Source: a virus. Taken from it: a stretch of DNA of 64,000 nt. The notes under the pieces were generated by a model. It ran no database searches, had not been told where the DNA came from, and was given only the letters and a program-made list of their open reading frames with translations. Made by a program: the position numbers and the translations under genes. The stretch is taken from IMG/VR virus record IMGVR_UViG_3300032093_000013. The stretch is one strand, 5' to 3'. Positions 1 through 11,200 of this stretch are shown piece after piece. How positions within the stretch are numbered: position 1 is the first letter of the stretch; every line of letters begins with the position of its first letter.

Positions 1-652
1 CTCTATATGATGGAGTATTTGTGTAATAGTCTAGAATAATTGTTTCTTTAGAAACGTTTACAAAAGTTCCTCTTACAAAATAGATTCCAGCATCGATGGA
101 GACTGCAGATCCAATAGCAGTAGCATCAGTAGAAATTAAAGATGCAAATGGATTTCCTGCTACGATGGTTGTATTTCCATAAACCACATTCTCACTAGCA
201 AATAATGATTCACCATCTTGGAATGGAGTAATTGCAAAACTTTCTCCAGAATCAATATATTTTACATATAATGTAATGTATTCTAAATTATTAACCGAAT
301 CGGGTACTTCAATTTTTTGAATAACTCCAGTTACACCAGAAATTTGTCCGGTAACTTTTTTACCTACAAATTGATTGATGTATAGTGAGATATTTACACC
401 AAAATTAGTTGGGTTTAACTTAATCGCATTAAACTGCGAATCATATGTTAAATTGCCAGGAATTACTACAGATCCTTCTTTGAAAATATGACTACCGAAA
501 GATTCAACTTGATTCTGTAATATTGATTGAATATTATTTAATTCTCTTGCTTGGACAGGTCTTCCTGGATTAAAAAGAACCTTGTAAAAGTTCTTTTCGG
601 CGTCAAAATCATCAAAGTAGGGGCTTACATTTAAATTTGTTTTTTGTGCCAT
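1..652 (-). CDS. DUF4815/VrlC-like virion structural protein, 5' part (runs off window)
   Basis: Manual translation from ATG at 652: MAQKTNLNVSPYFDDFDAEKNFYKVLFNPGRPVQARELNNIQSILQNQ. This N-terminus is typical of the large structural protein that follows gp8 in cyanomyoviruses. Confidence 0.8.
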   Translation of the reverse strand, partial: MAQKTNLNVSPYFDDFDAEKNFYKVLFNPGRPVQARELNNIQSILQNQVESFGSHIFKEGSVVIPGNLTYDSQFNAIKLNPTNFGVNISLYINQFVGKKVTGQISGVTGVIQKIEVPDSVNNLEYITLYVKYIDSGESFAITPFQDGESLFASENVVYGNTTIVAGNPFASLISTDATAIGSAVSIDAGIYFVRGTFVNVSKETIILDYYTNTPSYR

Positions 653-655
653 TGG

Positions 656-2224
656 TTAGAATTCCAGGATAATTTTAATGTCTTCTTTTTGTCTAACATT
701 ACGAGATACAAGAGGTCTATTGTCAATATAAATTATGTCTCCTGTTTTTTTATTTATTTCAGGATTTGCAAGACCATTTGTAAATGTTACTCCAAGATTT
801 ATGATTGAATTATTTACTGTTGTAGTAATTCCAGAAAAGGAAGAAATTTGACCAGAAAAACCACTTGTTTCTCCAATTACATTTCCGCCGGTAGAACTAA
901 AATTGATGTTTGAATTCCCCGATGTTGAAACCCCCACATAATCAGTTTGATCGTGTGTTGACCCATAATATAGAGATCTGTCTCTAAAATACTTTAAAAC
1001 TTTAGTGTCAGAATCATACGACGCAACATATCCAACCGCAATTCCAGTAGAAACTGTTTGGTTAATTTTTTCTCCAACTTCGGGTAAAAAAGAATTAACC
1101 GAATCAAATTTCATTGCATATAAACCAGAAAATTCTCCGCCACTAAAAGTTTCTGTAGATATAAATGTTGTTGGATTTTTTAAGATTCCAATCTGACAAA
1201 ACTTTGTATTTGTTGGAAAATCTCTAGTAGAATCATCAAATCTCGCATATATCATTACTCTATCTGCACCCAACTCTTTGTATAAGTCAAACCCATGCCC
1301 CCTAGAAGGAGGTATAATGGGGATTAATTTTGCGGGGTTACTGATAGTGCTTCCTGGTTGTAGAGGACCCAAATCGACGATTCCATACGTGTATCCGGTG
1401 CCTCCAGACGTTACTGTAGTGTCCGTAATTTCTCCATTGGCATTTGTTTGTACAAATACTCTCCCACCAGATCCATTTCCCAAAATATCAACTTCTCCAG
1501 ATGCATAATTTGATCCTGCATTATCAATGTAAACTGTTTTAATTTGGTTGTTATTTAGTGTTGAGTCTCCATTCTCTCTCACTGCAACAATTTGAGAATC
1601 TGTAGAAGTATTCCAGTTATTTGGTAATGTTACATATTCTGTGGAGTCAAATTTTACAATATCTGCGGGAGAAACAGTAAATAAGTACTTCCAAACATAT
1701 CCGTCCTCTCCGGTACCGGCTACTGTCGGTTCTAAGTCTGTAGAAGTTGGTTCATATTGTGACTGATTACCTGTTGTATTAATTCCGCTGGACCCATTTT
1801 CTATGCAAATATAAACATTATAATCACTATTTAATACGTAATATTCCGAATCATAAAGTCTAGATCTTCTCGATATTGGGGAAAGATTTTCTATACTGTA
1901 ATCATGTCTATACATATCATATTTTTTACCTCTTTCCCAATCAACTCTTTTGATTACTCTTCTTATATTTGAAGAAGTAACTTTCTTTCCAAAAAGAAGA
2001 GTATCTTCATATTGAGTTAGATAATCTAAATTATCTGTGGGATTTGGCACTACGCCGTTAGTTATTCCTGGACCATCCCAATTTATATTTCTACCAAAAC
2101 CAGTATAAAGATTTGGATTAGTAAGACCAACCCAAACATAATAAGAATTAGAAGAATCGTCTATTGATTCTATAAAATTACTGGCATTTAATATTCTAAA
2201 TTGATCTGTTACAAGTGCAGACAT
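656..2224 (-). CDS. gp8: baseplate wedge subunit gp8
   Basis: WERGKKYDMY, YNVYICIEN, DGYVWKYLF and C-terminal GDIIYIDNR...QKEDIKIILEF motifs; synteny with gp7/gp6/gp25. Confidence 0.9.
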   Translation of the reverse strand: MSALVTDQFRILNASNFIESIDDSSNSYYVWVGLTNPNLYTGFGRNINWDGPGITNGVVPNPTDNLDYLTQYEDTLLFGKKVTSSNIRRVIKRVDWERGKKYDMYRHDYSIENLSPISRRSRLYDSEYYVLNSDYNVYICIENGSSGINTTGNQSQYEPTSTDLEPTVAGTGEDGYVWKYLFTVSPADIVKFDSTEYVTLPNNWNTSTDSQIVAVRENGDSTLNNNQIKTVYIDNAGSNYASGEVDILGNGSGGRVFVQTNANGEITDTTVTSGGTGYTYGIVDLGPLQPGSTISNPAKLIPIIPPSRGHGFDLYKELGADRVMIYARFDDSTRDFPTNTKFCQIGILKNPTTFISTETFSGGEFSGLYAMKFDSVNSFLPEVGEKINQTVSTGIAVGYVASYDSDTKVLKYFRDRSLYYGSTHDQTDYVGVSTSGNSNINFSSTGGNVIGETSGFSGQISSFSGITTTVNNSIINLGVTFTNGLANPEINKKTGDIIYIDNRPLVSRNVRQKEDIKIILEF

Positions 2225-2244
2225 CTATATAATTCTTTTTTTTA

Positions 2245-2252
2245 TATTTATA
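2245..2252 (-). promoter_or_regulatory. T4-type late promoter TATAAATA (gp8)
   Basis: tatttata on + strand, about 20 nt upstream of the gp8 ATG. Confidence 0.75.
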
Positions 2253-2257
2253 TTGCA

Positions 2258-5200
2258 TTAGAGATCCTTTTTCAGAGACCCATTGCTTCTCAATCCATAT
2301 CCTCTCCTTTGAATAATTGGATATGTAGATAATCCCGCATTATATCCCAGAGTAGTTATTCCTACACTCGAAGTATATCCTGTCACTCCAATTGAGATTG
2401 GAGAGTTAGATCTAGAGAATCCTGACAGTCTTCCCCAAGATAATCTTCCTACAGGATATTTTATAGTTCCTGTCGTAGCAATTCCCACAATCGATGTGTT
2501 TGATGCAATATTACAAGTTACAATTCCTGTCGCAGAATTAATTGCATGAATTCTATAAACATTATTTACGAATGATGTACTTATAGAAACAATATCCGTA
2601 TTAGTCGTATTAATTGATGTTACCCCCTGCCCAACAAAAGTTTGAGAGATATAAATTGGATATCCAACTTGCAAATCTGGGAATGAGAATGGATTTCTAT
2701 CCAGAGTAAATCTAAGTGCTAATGGTGTTCCAATTCCATTTGTAGTCGCAATTCCTATGACAGAAACCGAGTATCCTTCCACATCAGATATATCAGTAAT
2801 TATTTCATACTCTTCTGCAGAATTATTCGAAAGAATAAATGCATCAAAACTAATGGGAGATTCATTCTCGTAATTAAACAGACTGCTATCATCAACGAAT
2901 ATTTCGGTTGCAGTAATGCTCAAATCTCCGATAATATTTGCAGTTGGATAAATTTGAGACTCTAAAGAATCTCTTGATTTATAAATTTTTTCACCATTGA
3001 GTATCAAATCAGTTTTTTGCTTAGTCCAATATAAGGGTTTGTTGTTAACTTCATCAATCCCCTGACCAACATAAAGATTTGTTTCAATTTTATCGGATCC
3101 GGAGATATCATAAATTGTCCTCTTCTCCTGAGTAGTTGTATTTTGAATATTTGAATTATTGCTAAAGATTTGTACGGTATCTCCTACTTTAACTGTTTCT
3201 ATTGCATCGACTTGAATTGTATCTTCACCCCTTGTGCCACGATAGAAAAATACTGATATATTATCTTCTGGTTCTGGAGCAACTGAGAATGTAAATGAAG
3301 TTCCACCACTGAATTGATATGAAACTCCTGGTTCTTGTAAAACTCCATTGATAAAAATGAGAAGAACCGAATCTAAATCAATCAACTGAGAATCGGGGTC
3401 ATTTTCATCAATTTCGAAGCTGAGTAGTTCTGAATTGTAGAGGAGTGGGAATCTAGTTCTAACTCCGTCTTGATATGGTAGAATAGAATCTATATAATCC
3501 AATTCTCCAAATTGCCAAGAAGAAAAGGAGTCCGTAAAAACATCTAAAACAGTTAATTGGAATTCATTAACTGGAGCAGAAAGACCTTTTGCAGTTACCA
3601 ACCCTACAGGTTTGAATACATCACCAACTCTAAATGAATATCCATTTCTGGTAATTTCAAAGGTTTTAACTTCAAATAAAGTGGATCCAATTCCTGTAGT
3701 GGTAGAGCTAGATCCTACTTCAATGTTTAGAAGTAAACCAACTCCAGTATCTGTTGTAGCCCCTACTCCAAGTCTAGACACTCCAGTTACAGATAAGTTT
3801 TGATACGAGGGAGAAGAAACATTTATTGTTGGATTGGTATATCCTGCCCCAGGATTAACAACATTAAATGATAAAGTTCCACCTGCACCAACATTTGCAG
3901 TTATAACAGCTCCAGTACCAATGTGCCCACTTTCTGTGACTGCAACAGAAACTGGGTATCTATATCCAGATCCAATGATATCCATAGTTCCAATTCCAAT
4001 TGCAACTATAGTTCCCCCAGCACCAACGACGGCAGTAACAGAAGCACCCACAAGAGGAGCTATTCCTAATCCTCCAGTAGATCCAAGAGATACGATTACA
4101 CCTCCACGAGGAAGTTGATTCTGATTAATATCATATTCTGATGTGAATATATTATTATTAGATGATGTTATTCCGGTAAAAGTAATTCTAGTAACACCAG
4201 AATTTTCTGCTATTATATAGTTATTTGATAAATTATTAGATGTCGTTGGAGATTGGAAAATATTATTAATGAATACAATTCCATTTCCGCCAGAAGTTCC
4301 TAATCCGACTGTGTTTATTCCTTGAGATGTTAGTATAAAGGTCTGCCCAATTCCAGTAAATTGATTCGAAATATCATCATAGATTTGATTAGTTGTATAA
4401 TCTTCTCTTAAGAAGACTCTTCCACTGAAAGAAGCCCGTTCTCTTGGCAAATTAGATTCACTCGGACCAAGTAAATCAAGAGAATTTCCTCTAGGAGCTT
4501 CTGTGAAAAAGATTTTATTTTTAGAAATGTTGTAAGATCCTCTGTAAATTCTAGCAATAGAAGTATCAGTATGCACTCCAGCAATGGATCCAAGAAATCC
4601 ACGAGTAACTTCTACAAGAGAAATACTTCCACCAAATGTGATGGGACCGGTGTTTGTTGTACCTAACCCAACATTCTCTACTCTCATATACTCTTCGTCG
4701 ATTTTTAATATATCTGTTGGAGTAATAGAACTAATTCCACTCAAAGCAAAAATTGTAGATGCTGATCCAATTTGACCACCATTTCCAGACAGTGTATGAG
4801 TTATGTAAGAAAATGCAAGAGGACTTTGTACAACGTCATTAATAGAGATTATTGATTTCTCATTCTTTTTATACATTTCTAATTGGTGGGCATTTCCTAG
4901 ACCAACAGACGTAAATGTTACTCCGATTCCTTGAATAGCATATTCTTTTCTAGTAGAAATTCTAAACGAGTCATTGCTATCCTTTATCGCATATACAACA
5001 GATGGAAGTATTGTTGTAACAACACCGACATAATTTGCGGTTGCTCCAATTCCCATTGCAAGAGTTCCAATCCCGATAAAAGTAGATTTTGGAGTATAAA
5101 TCAACTGCTCTCCAGTATTGAAGAAGTGATTTGGAATTGTAAATACACCCGTTGTCAAATTTAAAGCATTACTATCTGACGGATTGAAAGTTTTCATGAA

Positions 5201-8200
5201 AATTGGCACGCCTTCATATTCCGCTTCAAAATCATATTTGTTTACATTGGGAGAATTGGCACCAAAATATTTTGCAACCGCAACTGTTTGCTCTACTGGA
5301 CTGTAACTGAGAGTGGGTGGGATATTAACTGTATCTAAGTCAGTGTAGAAATTTTCGCTAAAAGAAAGTATTTCTAAATTGCCAGATATCGAAGGATCGG
5401 CATAGAATTTAATTATAAAATTGCCTCCAGAAATCTCTGCCCCAAATGTTCCTATTCCGGAGGTGCTGCCAATTGATAAGAATGGATATTGAATAGAATA
5501 TGCATCATTCCCATCATTAATTGCCATTATTTGGTGCAATGCGCTAGTTTGTCCAAGTCCAACTCTAATTGTCGATTTTGATGATGTGAATAAAGACTTA
5601 TCTAAAACTAAAATACTAGTAGATCCCGATGAGATGTTATTAAATTTTGATTGGAAAACAACAGTTCTTTCCGCCTCATCAGATTGACCTGGAAGTTTAA
5701 ATCTATATGTGCCTACACCAACAGCAGTAGTACCAAATCCAACATTTTTTGTTCTAACTGTGATGTTTTCTGCCGATGTATTGGTATAATTTAATGATAG
5801 GATTCCTCCACTAATAGATGCCCCAAAAGACCCAATAAATCCGGAGCTAGTTTCTGTTAGATTGTCGTCGAAATAGTATTCACTTATGTAAGTGTTGGTG
5901 CCATCATGAGTCAAATATATTTCAACATAATTCATATCCGAAGTATCATCATTTAGAATGTGAATATTCGAATATATTGCAGAATACTTAGAAGAATTTA
6001 AACTAAAGATAGATGTCGTTATTCCACTAGAGACAATTTTATTTTGCGATATCAAATCTATAAATCCGACAGATTGTGTGGTTCCGACCCCGGTTTTAGA
6101 AATAAAAGTATCTTGTAAAATTTTAATATCAAAATCAGAATTGGAAGTGTCTTCCGGATTAAATTTCAAGTAAAAATTTGATTCAGTATCAATATATCCC
6201 TCAATGTCTACTATTACATCCTCATCATTTATAGAAGTTAATTGTGCTTTTTGTAAGGTAAAAATATTTTCATCATTATTAATTGTTATAATTTCATTGA
6301 ATTGAGTTTCATTTGTAAAAATATTTCGAGTTTGAACCAAAAATTTATTGTAATTATTTCCGGAATTAATTTGGAATATATTAGAAACTTCAGATGATTC
6401 ATCATTTTCACTTGAGAATTCTGAACTTATATCATCGATTTTTAAAACCCTATTGGTTTTACACAAAATATAATCAGTGAGAGAAAGATTATTAAACTTA
6501 ATAAATTTTGATTTGCTATCTAATGTATCTACATCAATAACTAAATCTAAATTATTAATTGTATCTACTCTATTGTCACTTTCAAATACATTTAATAGCG
6601 TCAATGGAGATTCGGTAGTTCCTATTCCAGACTGAACACTTTGTAGAATTTGCGTGTCTGCAAAGTTTTTCATTCCGCTAATATGTAATAAGTTATTAAC
6701 AGGAGTTACGATTTCTTCCCAAGTTTTACTACTCTTTACTGAATAAGATAAATTTTGGTAGTAATCATTATCTGGTGTTACTTGATAATTTTCATTAAGT
6801 TTTCCTGTTTCAAATTTCCACCCAAATTTTTGCAAATTAAAGTAATCTACATCATAATACCCATCAGTAATCTTAACCGAGTCAATGGTCGCTTCATTAA
6901 AAGACTCTAATCCTCTTATTTTTTCTCCACTAGAAAGATTATAGTTACCAGATACTCTCACAAAATTTTCATCACAACTGACTACAGTTAAATCTCTATC
7001 TACAAATCCACTACCAGTATTTGACGACAATCCCTCCCCAATCTGAAAAGGTGAAAATTTCTGTATAGCTTTAAATTCCGGATAATTATTAAAATTAACT
7101 ATAGTGGCGTAAGATTCTTGAATCGTTTTTGCTACTCCGGGATTTGTAGTTAATCCAGAAAGACTGAATTCTAATTTTGCTGGATTAATATTTTGGAAGT
7201 TAGTAATAGTAAAGAATTGATATCCATAGTCAGAAGAATTAAATCCATCACCAGAAGAACCACTTTTTTGAATTCCCTCAACAAAAATTTTATCTCCGGT
7301 TGAAAATGGTGCAGATGTAAAACCAGACAATGGAGTTGTTAGGAAACAAGTAACCACTCCCGAAGAAGATTGAATAGTATCAATTGAAATTCCATTAGAG
7401 TTGTTTATTGCTCTAATTGTAACTGGTTTAATTGGGAGACCTTTTGGATTATTTTCGACAATTACAGATACAATGGAAGACCCAGATAAATTAGATCTAA
7501 GTAAACCGGAGTTAATTAACTCTCCAGTATCAGTATCAACACAAATTAAATCGGGTGCAGATGTATAATTTTGACCTCCATTTAATACATCTACGCTTTC
7601 AATTGTATTGGATGCTGATATGTAAGCAAGAGTTGGTATAGTAGCAGTTGGTCTAAGAGTTTTGTCTGATGCATATTCAAATCCCTCATTAATAATTCTG
7701 CTTTGTTTAATTTTGCCAATCGTCGCTGAAACTGGAACGATAAAAGCTCCATTTCCATTATCGGAATCAACCCCATCAAATAGTGGAAGAGATGAATACG
7801 AATAACCACCAGATAAAAGTTTTACCTTATGAATTCCACCAACTTCTGTCGAAGACGATGTTGAATATTCAAGAATTTCACAATCTCCTCTCTCATAGCG
7901 TGTATTTTCTGGAATTTGCCTTAGAGATATTGTAAAGGTTGTGTTTCCTACGCCTACAATATTATAATTTCCATTATATAAACTATTTTCAAATACTATC
8001 TCAGAATAATTTGTAACATCAGTATCAGACGTGCTAATATATCCAGATTTTTCTATATTGTAATAAAGTTTTTCTGGCACCCCATTGGAGTAATTTAGTG
8101 TTAATGTAGATGTTGAAGATAATCCGATAGTTCCAACTCCAATGACAGAAAGAGAACTAGTGGACGCTATAGAAACAAATTCTTTTTCAAATTTTTGGTC

Positions 8201-11200
8201 ATAGTAAAGTTTAAAATCATACCCTAACAATGAAGAATCTGAAAGATTGAAGACTAAATTGTTATTCTTAATAACCTTGATTTGGGGATTGACAAGACTG
8301 ATTTTTTGATTTCCTGCACCAGTTCCGCCAATTGAAACTGTAGTTGGAGGAGAATTGAGAGAATCTAATAATGTATCACACAACTTTATAGTGTTTTCAT
8401 CAATTCGATAAACAAAGTAGTTTTCGGTTGTCAAACCTACAGGTAAAGTTCCCGAAGACTCATATAAAATTTTGTCTCCAGTTTTTAAATTGTGTGAGTT
8501 TACTGAGATTGAATTTGTAAGTGTATTGATTCCGGTTGAATTAAATATCAGTGGATTTATTACTATTTTTTGAGTTGAGGGGTCTAATCTAACATGTATT
8601 GCTGTGGATGTGCCGATTCCTACAGATACGTCTGGTTTAACCTCTAAAGATATTTTATCTCCGACTCTTAACTGGTGAGATGTCGATACAGAAACAGCAG
8701 AAATTATTCTGTCAATTTTTGCCCTGACTTGAGGTAAATTCGATTCTATAGAATAATGATAATCATTTGTACCAGACGAGAGGAAGAATAGACCACCCGT
8801 AGTTGTAAGTCCGACATTCGTTACAATACCGATATAATCTTTTGACTTATTGACAATATAAACGATTTCAGAATTTCCACTCAATATGTTAAATGAAAGT
8901 CCTCCAGATGTATTAGAAACAGATAATGCCCCACCGCCTGATGGTTTTCTTAAGATTGCTTGTTGATTAGTTTTAAATGGGTGGTTTGGTAAAAATATAC
9001 TTTGTGTCGGTACAAATGCACTATATGTTGTAATTCCAATTTGATAATTTATATTTTTGCCGGACCCCGATGTTGTACCAACACCAACAGATTCTGCAGG
9101 ATTAAAATATATTTTCGAATTCTTCTGAGAATCAAAATAATTTGTTGATTTATTTACTATAAATGAATCCGGAAGATAATATACCGGTGTTGTTTGAGAA
9201 TGGGCTACTCCGGCACTAGATCTATCTACTCTCAATATTCCAAAATTTGGGTAGATATTTAAGATAGAAAAGACTTCATTTTCTATTTGAATACTACTAC
9301 CAATTGAAATATTTTCTGGAATAGACGTTAAATAAATGTCTGTAACTATTCCAGTCGAAGCAAAATTTGGTATATTCTTATCAAGAATTGTTGTGTATGT
9401 TGTAAGACCTATTTCATAAGACCCATTTAAATTGGAAACTTGAGTAGATAATCCGGATATATTGATATTATCTCTGTTTTTAAAGACATGATATGGTGAA
9501 ATATAGACTTTTACTTGATTTCCACCTTGCCATTCAATAAGAGAGTCAGTATAAGAATTTACTGTAGTGTTGACATCAACAATATCTCTTCCTGTTATTT
9601 CGGATATTTCTGCACTAATTCCTCCTCCACCACTCTTAGTGTCATCAAAAATTATTGAATCTCCCACAGCATAATCTGAGCCTGACTTAACAATTTCAAG
9701 TCCGGATACACTTCCAGAAGACACCGATTCTACTAAAGTTTTTTGCTCTATTATTTCATTTGATTCAGTAATAAAGTCATTATCGGCATATTGATCATTT
9801 ACTTTATATGGTAAAGTATTTCTAATTAGTTTAGAATTATTAAAATCAAAAGATTGGTCTAATTCAATATTTTCTTCTAGATATGGAGATCTATATTCAT
9901 TTCCAATAAAATATGGAAACTTACTAACAATTTCTCCATCAAGATTGGTTTCAGTAGTGGCAAAATAAGCATAAACTCCATCAGGAAAATCTTTGGTTTT
10001 TCCAAATCTTCCATTGTATTGATCTAAGTCTCCATTTCCAGTATATTTGTAATCTTCAACAAAATATCCATATGGAAAATCTGTGGTTGATGGTCTATTT
10101 TCCAAGTCAACTAAAGAATATCCAGGTTGTAGTTGTTTTATAGAAGAATTGATATTATTTGAATCGGTGTATCCAAAAGATCCATAAATTGGGTTTCCAT
10201 CATATGCCCACCCAATAATATCCGAATGCTGCCCGGATAAATCACCATTATCACTAAAGTTAGTTTTTATATTTTGAGAATATCCAATAACCGCATACTG
10301 CAACCCACTATGATTTTCAATTAGCACTTCGCTCGATGGATTTCTATAAAATTCATTTTGAATTCCATATTTGAAAGAATTGTTGAGAGTAAGTGCTCTA
10401 ACATTTACTCTCAATACTTCATCCTTTCCTGCAGATACGACTTTAATCTTAGTATTTGTTGAAGTATATCCTACTCCAGAATTGACAACAATTACATCTG
10501 TTATCCTATTGTCAGAAACCACAGGTCTAAGAATAGCACCTATTCCACTACCACTAATAACTAAATCTGGTGTGGAATAATATTCTAGTCCACCATATAA
10601 AACTTGTACGTCAGTTATTCTTCCATTTGTAATTGTCGGTCTAAGTTGAGCATTTTTTCCATTCTTAATGGTAACTTGGGGTCTTTTGTGGACGTTTAGT
10701 GTCGTTGTACCATAATCGGAACCCTTATCATAAACATAAATTTCAGAAATTTTACCTCTAACAATTGGGGTTGCGTTAATAACTCCTCTAACTTGAGTAC
10801 TTCCTAATCCAACAGATGAGTACTCTACTGACAGAGAAATATTTGGATATTTGAATATTTGATATCCGCTTCCTATCGAATTAAATTTTACATAGTTTTT
10901 TCTTTGATAATTTGAAGTATCGGTGCCGCCTACTCCTGCATTACAGAGTCTGAATGTATCTGAATCCAGTTTCAAAACTACATAATTGTTGGATGTCGAT
11001 AACCCAGAGATTGGTGCGGTATCATAGTCATAAGAAATAATTTCACCATCACCAAATCCATGATTTTTAAAACTAATTGTGTTGTTATACGTGGATACTC
11101 CTACCGGAGATACTCTTAAAACTCTGTTTGCATATCCAGATCCACTATCGATTACTGAAATTCCAGTAAGTTTATTTTTAGGTTCAGTTTTAAATTTCTG